This document shows, piece by piece, positions 36,784 through 49,104 of a DNA stretch of 64,000 bases. The notes under the pieces are model-generated. The model saw only the letters and a program-made list of their open reading frames with translations. It was not told where the DNA came from and did not search any database. The translations under genes and the position numbers were made by a program. The number at the start of each line of letters is the position of its first letter. Position 1 is the first letter of the stretch. The stretch spans positions 15,328,001 to 15,392,000 of the forward strand of contig CP086569.2 of assembly GCA_009914755.4 (NCBI GenBank), given 5' to 3'. Source of the stretch: the human T2T-CHM13v2.0 reference genome, Homo sapiens.

Positions 36784-38464
36784 AGTGTCACATCACAGAA
36801 AATCACTTAAATTCCATTCTTTACTTGGATTTATTTCACTTTATCTTTGTACAAATAGACACAGTAAATTTTACTCTCTTCAAGCCCCAGTAATTTACAA
36901 GTAGGAGAGTACAGTATGAATAGTATGAGTGTGCTTTTAAATAAGATGGGCAGCCATTTCTCTTTTACACAATACATTCCTAAAAATCAACAATAAAGTT
37001 GAATATGAGAAAATCAAATAATAACTTACCCACTAACAAGAGTACTTTAAGTCCATAAAACAAAAATTCATACTAAACTATCCCTTTCAGAAAAAGAAAT
37101 CATTGATGACACTATGGCAGCATTTCATACTTGCTGTTTAGTTTTGTTATTTTTCTTTAGAACAGCAGTGGTGGGCTTAAGCCCAATAAGGTAGAGATTC
37201 TACCTTATTTTATTATCAATAATAAATTTTATTGATAATAATATAAGGTAAATATTCTACATTTTTCATCTCACTGAAGGATTTTTCACTTTTTTTTCAA
37301 TCTCATTGACTTTTTGACACATATTACATATTTCAGTTGTAGCATGCTGGGTGTTCCATTTCCTAACCCTTAAGAAATAAAATTATAGAAGAAAAATCAG
37401 TAAGATATTCAAAGAACCTTCTTAGCATCACTGTACAAAGAAGAAGAGTCAATCTAAAAGTTACCATTCACTAGCAGAGAATAGTATTCAACAGAAGCCT
37501 ATGGTTCTCCATGATCAGATGTCACAGGAAAGCAGAATTTTGCACATTCACAAATAAGTATAGATATAAATATATACAACCACAATGATAGATACATGTG
37601 TGGATATCTAAATCCTTATATGTACAATACATACATGTGTGGATATCTACATAGTTATATAACCATGCTGAGAGCTTGGAAATTCAGTTGAAGGCCAGAT
37701 GGTGGACGAATTGAAACTCAAGCTTGGGAGATTGTCTGTGAGAGCATTGTCTTGAGCATAGCCAGAGATTCTGGAAGATAGTGAGCCAAAGTCATGATGA
37801 TATCCTGGAATCCTGCAGACTGTGGCTTGGCCACCTTTCACCTGTGTGGACTGGGAATCTTTCGATCCTCACTGGCCCTCAGTCTTATAATCTGTAAAGT
37901 GAAAATGATAGGACTGTTGTAAAAATTAAATGTGAGTTCTATGTGAGGTCTCTTTAACATGGCAGGCATCCATTAGTGTAGGCTTATCATGATTATTGCT
38001 GAGACACATTCCTTGAGAGCATCCCTCACTGGGAGATGTGTAGAACAATGAAGTAGGTAAACGTGTGGAGAATGGTAGCGGTGAGGGTATGTAGGAGTTA
38101 GATGTGCCAAGAAATCTAGAAATTAACCAGGATTGGAGATTCTGTAACACGAGTCCAAGGAAAGAGACTCAAGCCAAAACAAACCTGACAAAAAAATTTT
38201 GGTAAAGTCTCAATTACTTAATATCAATTTTTAGAAAAATATTTATATTTTAGGAGAACCACTGGACATAGTAATGGCATAATCAAAGGAATTAAATAAA
38301 ATGTTTAAGGTAATAGACATTTCAGTCATTTGTATAGCTAAAACAATAACTTTATCATTACATCATCATTATTATCATCATCACATGAGGTAGGATGTAT
38401 CTATCATTATGGAAAGCCTAGGAATGTTTATCTATTGATTTGGGGGGATAATTATTAATATCGT
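36784..38464 (+). mobile_element. Putative MaLR internal (non-coding) region between two same-orientation THE1-type LTRs
   Basis: Inference from geometry. Two THE1-like LTRs in the same orientation are 1.68 kb apart, close to the roughly 1.6-kb THE1 internal length. There are no ORFs. I did not confirm the internal sequence against a consensus. Confidence 0.4.
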
Positions 38465-38823
38465 TGATGTGCTTTGGCTGTTTCCTCACCCAAATCTCAT
38501 CTTGAATTGTAGCTGCCTTAATTCTCATGTGTTGTGGGAGGGACTGGTGGTAGATAATTCAATCGTGGGGGCAGTTTCCCCCATACTGTTCTTGTGGTAG
38601 TGAATAAGTTTCACCAGATCTGATGGTTTTATAAGGGGTTTCCCCTTTCACTTGGTTCTTATTCTCTGTTGCCCGCTGCCATTGAAGACATGCTTTTCAC
38701 CTTCTACCATGATTGTGATGCCTCCCCAGCCATGTGGAACAGTGAGTCCATTTAATATCTTTTTCTTTATAAATTATTCAGTTTCATGCTGCTGGTCAGA
38801 AGCGTGAAAATGAACTAATACAA
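38465..38823 (+). mobile_element. THE1-type MaLR LTR (more diverged); candidate 3' LTR
   Basis: Contains gatgtgctttggctgtttcctcacccaaatctcatcttgaattgtagctgccttaattctcatgtgttgtgggagggactggtggtagataattcaatcgtgggggcagtttcccccatactgttcttgtggtagtgaataagtttcaccagatctgatggttttataaggggtttcccc and ccatgattgtgatgcctccccagccatgtggaacagtgagtccatttaat. Ends in gaactaataca. Confidence 0.65.
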
Positions 38824-39664
38824 TCTTCAATACAATTCTTAACATGGAAGAAGGAACTGCATCTTTATCAGTATCATAAAAATGAACTAATGCAATATTT
38901 AACATGGCAAAAGGAACTGGTCATCTGTTCTGTCTGTAAACAATCCTGTACCTTCATCACAGAAACTTGCAATATTTAACCACCTCTTCATTCTTCAAGA
39001 ATGATATTAAATGTTCCTTCTACTGTGCAAATTTCCTATTCCTCCAATATTTTCTATTATTGTTAATTTTCTGCTGTGTATACATGTCAGATACTGATCA
39101 TGGTTTGTAATGTCCTATTGTCTGATAAATTGCTGGCCAACTCTTGGGCTGGACAGACTTTAAAATTACTCCCAGTGATCTGCACTTTCTAGCGTGTACT
39201 TTCTTTTATAGGCCTCTTCCACTGAATGTACCCAGGACCATGGGATATAAACGCTACATTTACTTTATGCTGCATAAAACTCCATCTTGCTAGTCTACTC
39301 TCATTAGAGACTTTCTCTCCCAGGGACATTGAAGAAGCCAGTGTTCATGTGAGCTGAGGACAGTCCATAAGAGTGGAGGGTGTCCCTCCTAAGACTAAAC
39401 CAGGAAAAAGCTGAATCCCTGAATAGACCAATAACGAGTTCTGAAATGGAGGCAGTAGTTAATAGCCTACCAACCAGAAACACAAACAAACCAACAAACA
39501 AAAAAACCCACAGGACCAGACAGACTCAGAGCTAAATTCTACCAGAGGTACAAAGAGGAGCTGGTACCATTCCTTCTGAAATGATTCCAAACAATAGAAA
39601 AACAGGGACTCCTCCATAACTCATTTTATGAGATCAGCATCATCCTGATAACAAAACCTTGCAG

Positions 39665-39667
<3 letters not shown>

Positions 39668-39695
<28 letters not shown>
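39668..39695. repeat. (CA)n microsatellite inside the L1
   Basis: cacacacacacacacacacacacaca. Confidence 0.8.
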
Positions 39696-39697
<2 letters not shown>

Positions 39698-39842
39698 TTC
39701 AGGCCAATATCCCTGATGAATATCAATGTGAAATGCTCAATAAAATACTAACAAGCCAAATCCAGCAGCACATCAAAAAGTTTATCCACCAAGATGAAGC
39801 TGGATTCATCCCTGAGATGCAAGGCTGGTTCAATATACACAG

Positions 39843-40652
39843 ATGAATAAACATAATCCATCACATTACAGAACCAATGACAAAAGCCACATGAGTATCT
39901 CAATAGATGCAGAAAAGGCCTTCGATAGAATTCAACACACATTCATGCTAAAAATATGCAATAAACTAGGTATTGATGGAACATATCTCAAAATAATAAG
40001 AGCTATTTATGACAAACCCACAGCCAGTATCATACTAAATGGGTAAATGCTAGTAGCATTCCCTTTGAAAACTGGCACAAGACAAGGATCTCCTCTCTCA
40101 ACACTCCTATTCAACATAGCATTGGAAGTTCTAGCCAGGGCAATCAGGCAAGAGCAAGAAATAAAGGGTATTCAAATAGGAAGAGAGGAAGTCAAATTGT
40201 CTCTGTTTCCAGATGACATAATTGTATGTTTAGAAAACGCCATCATCTCAGCCCTAAATTTCCTTGAGCTGATAAGCAACTTCAGCAAAGTCTCAGGGTA
40301 CAAAATCAATGTGCAAAAATCACAAGCATTCCTATACACAAATAATAGACAAACAGAGGGCCAAATCATGAGCAAACTCCCATTCACAATTGCTACAAAA
40401 AAAAAATACCTAGGAATACAACTTACAAGGGATGTGAAGGACCTCTTCAAGGAGAAATACAAACCACTGCTTAAGGAAATGAAAGAGTTCACAAACAAAT
40501 GGAAAAACATTCCATGCTCATGGACAGGAAGAATGAATGTCATGAAAAGGGACACACTGCCCAAATCAATTTATAGAATCAATTGTATCCCCATCAAACT
40601 ACCGTTAACTTTCTTTACAGAATCAGAAAAAACTACCTTAAATTTCTTATAG
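39843..40652 (+). pseudogene. L1 ORF2 reverse-transcriptase remnant (two broken ORFs, 67 aa and 201 aa; the conserved RT aspartate motif is degenerate, reading SLFPDD)
   Basis: The translations recall L1 ORF2p RT-domain peptides such as IDAEKAFD and KTGTRQG. The sequence is frame-broken and part of the truncated L1. Confidence 0.8.
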
Positions 40653-43600
40653 AACCAAAAAAGAGACTGTATAGCAGACAATCCTAAGCAAAAAGAACAA
40701 AGCTGGAGGCATCACGATACCTGACTTCAAACTATACTACAAGCCTACAGTAACCAAATCAGCAAGGTACTGGTACCAAAACAGGTATATAGACCACTGG
40801 AACAGAACAGAGGACTAAGAAATGACGTTACATATCTACACCCACTTGATCTTTGACAAAAGTGACAAAAACCATCAATAGGGGAATGATTCCCTATTTA
40901 ATAAATGGTGTTGGGAAAACTGGCTAGTCATATGCAGAAAATATAAACTGGACCCCTTCCATACACCTTATACTAAAATTAACTCAAGATGGATTAAAGA
41001 CTTAAATGTAAAACCTAAAACCATAAAAACCCTAGAAGAAAACCTAGGCAATACCATCCAGGACATAGCAATGGGCAAAGTCTTCACGACTAAAACATCA
41101 AAAGCATTGGCAACAAAAGCCAAAATTGGCACATGGGATCTAATTACACTAAGGAGCTTCTGCACAGCAAAAGAAACTATCATTGGACAGAACAGGCAAC
41201 CTACAGAATGGGAGAAAACTTTTGCAATCTATCCATCTGACAAATGGCTAACATCGAGAATCTACAAAGAACTTAAATGTACAAGAAAAAACAAACAATC
41301 CCATCAAGAAGTGCACAAAGGATACAAACAGAGACTTCATAAAAGAAGACACTTATGCTGCCAACAAACATATGAAGAAAAAGCTCATCATCACTGGTCA
41401 TTAGAGCAATGCAAATCAAAACCATAATGAGATACCATCTCACACCAGTTAGAATAGTGATCATTAAAAAGTCAGGAAACACCAGATGCTGGAGAGGATG
41501 TGGAGAAATAGGAACACTTTTACACAGTTGGTAGAAGTGTAAATTAGTTCAACCATTGTGGAAGACAGTGTGGTGATTCCTCAACAATCTAGAACCAGAA
41601 ATATCATTTGACTCAGCAATCCCATTACTTGGTATATACCCAAAGGATTATAAATCATTCTACTATAAAGACACATGAACACATATGTTTATTGCAGCAC
41701 TGTTCACAATAGCAAAGACTTGGAACTAACCCAAATGCCCATCAATGATAGATTGGAGAAAGAAAATGTAGCACATATACACGATGGAATACTATGCAGC
41801 CATAAAATGAGATTCTTTGCAGGGACATGGATGAAGCTGCAAACTATCATTCTCAGCAAACTAACACAGGAACAGAAAACCAGACACCACATGTTCTTGC
41901 TCATAAGTGGGAATTGAACAATGAAAACACATGGACACAGGGAGGGGAACATCACACACTGGGGCCTGTCAGGGGGTGCTGGGCCACAGGAGGGATAGCA
42001 TTAGGAGAAATACCTAATGTATATGACAGGTTGATGGGTGCAGCAAACCACCATGGTACATGTATATCTGTGTAACAAAACTGCACGTTCTACACATGTA
42101 TCTCAGAACTTAAAGTATAATTTAAAAAAAAGAAAAAAAAAAGAGTGGAAGGTGTCCCCTAGCCCATAACCAGCAAGAAGCTGGGCTCTGAGTTCTGCAT
42201 CCACAAGGAAACTAAATCTGACAACAGCATGCCTGAGGTTGGGAGTGAATTCTTCCCAAGTCCAACCTCCAGATGAGAACTCAGCTTAACACTTTGAAGA
42301 AAGTCTTTATAGACTCTAAGAAGAAGACTTGGCTAGGGTTTTCCTGAATTCATGACCCACAGAACCTGTGAGATCATAGATACATATTGTCCTAAGTTTG
42401 GGGTACATCACCATTTCTATCTAGGCAGAAAGAGGATGCACATTACTGACCACTTTATGTCCAGTTCAGTGTAGGACACTAAACACTAGAGATCTTAATA
42501 AAGATATCTTGGAGATAGATGACTGGATAAATGATCTTAATAAAGAAAGAAAGGAGAAAGTAATGAATTGGAAATGAATGGCATTGAGTTCTTGCAAAGA
42601 TTTACTCAGTCTCATTGCTGAGTTTTTGTGATGCTGGTAGAAACTCTGCAGCTAAGACAATTGTCTGCAGCTAAGACAACTCATATTGAGTCAATAGACA
42701 TAACTATATGAGTAAAACCTTCAGAGATGGATGCAAAAGGGAAAGTCCTGCTGTTTACCAACTACTGATACTGCCAAAACTTTAAACTTCCTTTTATTTT
42801 ATTCTTTTTAATTTGAATGGGGAGGATAGTAAAGCCTCACATAGAATAAATTAACAAACAACTTCAATGGAAAGATAGGTCTGTAAGCTTTTAAGAATGT
42901 TCTCCATATTCCAAGCCATGATCAATATGATTTGACTTCTACTGTTTCTTTCCAGAAATATCAAGGGACATTATTACTCAGCTGCAGCAAACTCTCAATT
43001 ATGACTCTCCCTAATACCACATTAATCTTGTCTATTTAATTCCATATATGTTGTTTCCCTGATTATCATTTTTATTACACTTATGGAGAGAGGCAACAAA
43101 TATTAAGCTCCTTAACGCAACAGGGGTTTTGGTAAAAGGTGAGATTTCTCTGTTTCTCTATTTCTATGGCTAGCAGTCCTTCAGATTGCTAGGTACAGTG
43201 TTTTGCCCATAGGATAGATACATTCATTCAATCATTCATTCAATAAACATACAGTGAGGACAACATTTGTGCCAAGCATGTGTAATAAACTTTTTAAAAA
43301 TAGAAAAAAAAAAAGAATATGACTTCAGAGACCTTTTCGTTCTTCTGAAATCCAAGATTAGGCTTTGAGATCTTTTAGTTGTATTAGTAACACAATGCTA
43401 CAGCAGAACTGAAGAAGATCACAACAGGAGTGGCCAGGGTGCTGTTTTAATTGAAACACTATTTGCATTTGTAAAATGAACAATACTTCAATAGACAAAA
43501 CTTTATCTTCCTATACCTGCAAGAATATTCACACAAGGATATTTTGCATATTCTCACAGATTTAGCCCTGAATCACTATGGCCAAGTTTTTCATTGATAT

Positions 43601-43676
43601 TCAATGACTTTTCATATTAACATCACTTTGGAATATATGCTCTTAAAAATGATACCTCTAAGAGATTTTGTGTTTT

Positions 43677-43790
43677 CATGATTAGTACATGGCCATGATT
43701 AGTTTTTCATGATTAGTGAAAAACTAATTTCATGACTAGTTTTTTATGATTAGTGTTTTAATGATTAGTACATGGCTAATTTCATCTAAC
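43677..43790. repeat. Local minisatellite-like cluster of tgattagt / actaat motifs (5+ copies, direct and inverted)
   Basis: catgattagtacatggccatgattagtttttcatgattagtgaaaaactaatttcatgactagttttttatgattagtgttttaatgattagtacatggctaatttcat. Confidence 0.6.
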
Positions 43791-44156
43791 CCCTTATACT
43801 AAAATTTTGATGAATGCTGTGAAAATGGATCAATTAATTCAATTGATGTCATGCTTTGCTTAAGAAAGAGAATGAAAGTAATTCATATTTTATGAATGAA
43901 AGGGAGCAGAGTCTTGCAATCTATGAATTTACATAAGAAAACACTCTTAATACAGATGATAGTTGTTCTAAACTTGAAAACCTATGGAAAAGCCTTTGTA
44001 ACTCTAAGTCATTAGAAAGACAGATTTCCAGCCTTGAACATGTTCGTATTTCTTTCCATTTTTGGTTTCTATCAACTAAATCAATTGCATTCGGTTATTT
44101 AACTTCAATAATAAGTAAATCTGAACAAATATTGCCATAATAAATCAGTCATCCAG

Positions 44157-44558
44157 TGTCAGGCCTCTGAGCCCAAGCTAAGCCATCACATTCCCTGTGA
44201 CCTGCATCTATGCATCCAGAAGGCCTTAAGTAACTGAAGAAACACAAGATAAATGAAAATGGCCTGTTCCTGCCTTAACTGCTGACACTACTTTGTGAAA
44301 TTCCTTTTCCTGGCTCATCCTGTCTCAAAAGTTCCCCTACTGAGCCCCTTGTGACCCCCGCCTCTGCCCGCCAGAGAACAACCGCCTTTGACAGTAATTT
44401 TCCACTACCCATCCAAATCTTATAAAATGACCCCACCCCTGTCTCTCTTTGCTGACTCTCTTTTCAGACTCAGCCTGCCTGCCCCCAGGTGAAATAAACA
44501 GCCTTGTTGCTCACATAAAGCCTGTTTGGTGGTCTCTTCACATGGACATGAGTGAAAT
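44157..44558 (+). mobile_element. ERVK-class solo LTR (MER9/LTR13/LTR14-like), sense
   Basis: tgtcaggcctctgagcccaagctaagccatcacattccctgtgacctgca...ttgctgactctcttttcagactcagcctgcctgcccccaggtgaaataaacagccttgttgctcacataaagcctgtttggtggtctcttcacatggacatgagtgaaa. No primer-binding site or internal sequence follows. Confidence 0.65.
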
Positions 44559-47109
44559 CCAGTAACTGGAATCACATGTTCACTAGAGCATGTCATGTAG
44601 GGTTTAAGAGAAATTCACAATTTAATCACATTCTCTGGCATTGAAAAAAACAGAAAAGTTAAATTACCTTGTTTGGCAATTTCAAGGCACCCCTGGAAAT
44701 GTCCAGTTATTGTTTTACCAGCACATTTTGCTTCTGTTGATGACATAAGTCCACAATCCAATGTACTTTTAAATATATTGGAATCACAAATCGAGATTTC
44801 AGCGTTGTAACAAAATGCCTTTGAAGACTTTTCTTTTTATGAAAAGAAAGAAAACCTTCCTGAAACAAAATGATTTAATAATGATGAGAGGAGGCTGACG
44901 TGAAATTCTGACTTCCAAGCTGCACAGTGCCCCAACATTCCTGCTGGATTTTGTAGCAATTGAAATCAGAGACTAGCATTAAAGGATGTCTGTTTACCCA
45001 AAGTTGTCCAGGACATTTTACCTCCAGGACTTTTATGCAGCTCTTTTTCTCTTATTCTTTGATGCTAGCTTCATCTATAACTACCTCAGAAAATATGATC
45101 TCACTCTCTTTTCCTCTCTCCCTCTTGTGATGTTTTACTTTCTTGGAGAATCTGGGCTGTATAAATGCCACAAAAACTTGCATCAAACTGTTAGGGCACT
45201 GGATGTTAAAACACTCATTTTACAACTTAACCCACCGCTTAAATTGCACTGCCAAGATGACAGAGATTAAATCATAACTCCCAGAAACACAGTCTAGAAC
45301 TTAATGAAAAAAGTTCTACCAAGATATGTATATTTTATATTGCTTCCAGCCAACGCTGCTCATGGTGAACCCATCCAGAAGTTCATTTAGAAAGTCAAAA
45401 AAGAGAAAGAAAGCAAGAAACAGCATCCCAGCAAAGGAAGTTATATAATTCTCTGGGTTATTTTTAGAATTTTTTCCATGGTGAGACAAATAACAGATGT
45501 AAGAATTAAATTAATAAGGTGCATTTAGCTTCTTCGTAGCACAGTGAGCTTTCTGACTAGTGGGGTATGCTATCTCTGCATCTATAAGGAAAAGCCTTCC
45601 AGAAGATAAGCATTGCTTTCACATTTCATGTTGACAATGCAAAGCAAATGTCACACTGTTTTCAACTCTTTATTTTTAAGCTTAGGAAGTGCATCAGAAA
45701 GAGGGGGAACTGATTCACTTTCTCAATAATTTGCCAGAAGGCTTTCTCCCTACTGCTTGGGAGTCCTCAAAATATTTCTTTACTTCCATACTGTTGAGCA
45801 AATATTGTTCTGTTTTCAATAGTTTCCCAACTCGTGCTTCTTAAGATGATGTAAAACCTGCAAATATCAGTACAGTTACACATTTCACTCTGTTCTCAAG
45901 TGTTGCTATTTATTATTGTTTTTCCTTCAAAACCTACTTTCTGTTGAATGCAGTTTGATTTCTTTCCAAGCCAGGAGGCATGTACTCAGCATAGCTATTC
46001 CATATCCACCATTTTTTTAAGGATATCGTGGAAAAAGAAACAATGCTCTGTGTTTCATAACAATTCTACGAATATTAACTCCACAGCTGGTGATGAAAAT
46101 GTGCATATTACCAAAAAAAAAGTGGGGATCTCAGTAAGGATACTAAACAGAAACAGTGAGAAGCTCCTCATTACAATTGAACAAGGCACAGTCAGGATCT
46201 TAAAAGTATTTTTTCATAGTGAGTATTTCCTTTCTCTGACTCAGCAGATGAAAGCAAAGGAGCTCAGTAGTTTTGCTGCTGGGGATGCTAGCCAAACCTT
46301 TCATTTATCTAATGCCTCTAGCTTTCGTGCAGACTTTCAGGTCTCAGGTCTCAGAAGAAGCCAGCAGTATTTGCAGAGGGGCTGAATTAATGCTGAATGG
46401 ATTTGAACTCATTCTGATGCAATTCTGCAAAAAAAGTTTCATACACTCACCATGACTGCAAGTCAGAGAACTTTTGCAAGACGAGAATTTTGAGGAGCAA
46501 CTTAATAGAACCTGTCTTCCATGCAGGCAGCCTAAATTTTGTCAAAAGGTACAGCATATGCCAGAAAAATTTCAGAAAGCTTCCCCAACTCCCTGAAGTG
46601 GCCAAGATGAGGAAGATTTGGTGTTTCAAACACAGTCCTCTGCCCTGTGTGCTGGTCTGCTATTTTTCCCTTTTCTAAGTGGGGCATTGATTACTGAGTT
46701 GTGAGTGGAGGTTCCTCTTCCAAAACTATGCCTTCCTAAACTACGTCTCTAAGTCTTGGATGGAAATATCTCACATCTCAAGGCCCACTCATAATTCTTC
46801 TCCTGTTTCTTCATATCACTATAATGGCTATTTTTTTGCTGTTTTTGGAGGCTCCTTTGGAATTTTTCATTTCCTCACAGGTTATTTAAATAGTGTAATC
46901 ATTTCAGAGCATCAGTAACAGTTAAGAACCAGATGAACAATATGTCTGTCTGAGTCATGGCTGCATTTTTTAGGCTTTAGACTTTCACGCCCCACACTTA
47001 ATGCTGTCTTTACTTTGCAAGGCCTTCCTCCTATGGGCTGTGACTGTCTTATAAGTTGTAAATTCTCAGAACCAGCATTTTGCTGCAACTGAACTTCCTC
47101 TGACAAGAG

Positions 47110-47640
47110 TCAGCAGGGTTCAGTGTCAAAATTCATCTAATTTGGTGGCTCATGAAGACCTGCTTGTGGTTGGTGGAATGAGAACTCACTCTGTGTGAAG
47201 GAGCTTGCAGTCTCTGGCTTGCCTTTTTCACTGAGGACAGAAAACATAGGCTGAATGTTACCCACCATGTGAGGAGCTGAGCTGCCCCCCACTGTCAGGT
47301 TGATACCTTGAAGTTCTGAGAACCTCTGAATGTGACTTAATTTGGAGATACTCTTTAAAGATGGGGTAATCAAGTTAAGATGAGGCCATTTAGGTAGGTT
47401 ATAAACCAGTATGACCAGTGTCCTTATAAAAAGGGGGAGTTTGGACACGGAGACAAAACACAGGGAGAAGATGGCATCTGCAAGCCAAGGAGAGAGGGAT
47501 CAGGAGAAACCCACCCTGTTGACATCTTGGTCTTATACTTCCCACCTCTAGGACCATGAGAGAATAAATGTCTGTTATATTAACCATGCAGGTTGTAGTA
47601 CTTTGTTACAGCAATCTGGGAAGACTAAGACTCTCCCACC
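47110..47640 (+). mobile_element. MaLR (MLT1-type) LTR, sense
   Basis: Contains accagtgtccttataaaaaggggg, ggagaagatggcatctgcaagccaaggagagagggatcaggagaaacccaccctgttgacatcttggtcttatacttcccacctctaggaccatgagagaataaatgtctgtt and ttgttacagcaatctgggaagactaag. Confidence 0.55.
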
Positions 47641-48029
47641 TATCCATAGCCATAGGTCACCAGAAGGCTAATACTTTAAACCTGGGCTTTCTGACATTCT
47701 GCAAGTTATCAAATGTAGTGACAGGATGACATTTGATAAACAGGGAGACACTCTTTGATCAACCATGAAACTTTCAGGAAGAGCTTTCATGTGCTGATAG
47801 CTGAGTATGGCTTCCAGGACAAATCTTGCTACACAGCAAGAAAAAGTTTGACAAAATCAGCTGCATGAAACTCAAAATTTCTAAATAACAACGATGTCCT
47901 CAACAGCATAAAGAAGACAAGGCATGATGAGGGAAAATACATGCAATAAATCTGTACCAGTCATAATTCTCCAAACAAACAGAACCAATAGGTGGGATGG
48001 GCATCTGTATCAATATATATATCTTAGTC

Positions 48030-48188
48030 AGGCATGGTGACATGCACCTGAAGTCCCAGTTACTTGGCAGCCTGAGGCAGGAGGATTGCTGGAGACCAGG
48101 AGGTCATGGCTGAAGTGAGCCATGATTGCACCACTGCACTCCAGCCTGGGCAACAACACAAGACCCTGTCTTAAAAAAAAAAAAAAAT
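48030..48188 (+). mobile_element. Alu right-monomer fragment, sense, poly(A) tail
   Basis: Contains catggtgacatgcacctgaagtcccagttacttggcagcctgaggcaggaggattgctggagaccaggaggtcatggctgaagtgagccatgattgcaccactgcactccagcctgggcaacaacacaagaccctgtc, followed by A15. Confidence 0.7.
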
Positions 48189-48189
48189 T

Positions 48190-48700
48190 ATATTGCCTGG
48201 TGTATATTTACAGATTATTGTATATATTATAAACATATATAAATATTATATATTTAAATATATTATATACCATGTAGAGATACATAAATATATATAATCA
48301 ATCTTATATATGTTATATGGTATATACACAATTCAGCAGGGTTCAATGTCAAAATTGTTCCAATTTGGTGACTCATGAAGACTTGCTTGTGGTTGGTAGG
48401 ACCAGAGCTTACTCTTTGTGATACATATATTGTATATGTATGTACCATATATAATAACATATGGCATATATATTATTACAATGTACATATTGTAATAATA
48501 TATGGTATATAAATACATATGCTATATATATTATTACCATATATTATTCTTACAATAATATATATGGTATGTATTATTATAGTATACATATTATATGTGG
48601 TATATGTATATTACATATTATATACCACATATCATATATAGCATGATGTACATTATGTTTATCAATAAGCATTTTATATATAATATATGAAGATGTATTT
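48190..48700. repeat. TA-rich low-complexity/satellite-like block (atatggtatat-type motifs) with an embedded 90-bp non-AT segment at 48333-48422
   Basis: Directly visible composition. The embedded segment is about 85% identical to 47105-47195. Confidence 0.7.
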
Positions 48701-49104
48701 ATTTCAAGGAATTGGCTTACTGAGTTATAGGGGCTGACATGTTGAAAATCCGTATAGCAGCAGTCTGGTGGCCTGGAAACTCACATAGGGACTGGTGTTG
48801 CAGTCAGTAGACAGAATTCCTTCTCTTCCAGAATATCTCAATTTTGGTTTTAAGATCTTACAACTGATTGCTTAAGACCCATCCCATAATGAAGGATCAC
48901 CTCCTTCACTTAAAGTCTACTGTTTGTGGATGTTAACTACTCTACAAAACACCTCACAGTAACAGCTAGTATTTGATCAAACTGCTGGATCTGATTGCTT
49001 AGCCAAGTTAACACATTATGGGCTAAGTTGTGCACTCCCAAATTCATGTCTTGAAATCCCAACCCTCAGTATCCTAGAACATGACAGTATTAGGAGATAT
49101 ATTC

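Larger units (their letters stand above)
39290..42155 (+). mobile_element. L1 (L1PA-like), 5'-truncated about 2.9-kb copy spanning mid-ORF2 (reverse-transcriptase domain) to the 3' UTR and A-tail
   Basis: Collinear with L1 ORF2 from aatagaccaataacgagttctgaaatggaggcagtagttaatagcctaccaaccag through the RT motifs to ggagaggatgtggagaaataggaacacttttacacagttggtag and ccatcaatgatagattggagaaagaaaatgtagcacatatacacgatggaatactatgcagccataaaatgagattctttgcagggacatggatgaagctgcaaactatcattctcagcaaactaacacaggaacagaaaaccagacaccacatgttcttgctcataagtgggaattgaacaatgaaaacacatggacacagggagggg. A-rich tail at about 42120-42155. Confidence 0.9.

Noticed and set aside
40047-40652. 201-aa ORF with reverse-transcriptase similarity
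   Set aside because: It is the RT domain of a 5'-truncated, frame-broken L1 ORF2 (annotated as a pseudogene remnant), not a host gene or a novel RT system.
45948-46385. 145-aa plus-strand ORF in non-repeat sequence
   Set aside because: No recognisable domain. AT-rich codon usage. No Kozak or splice-site context I can support. Length is within expectation for random ORFs in 64 kb. It would need RNA or conservation evidence.
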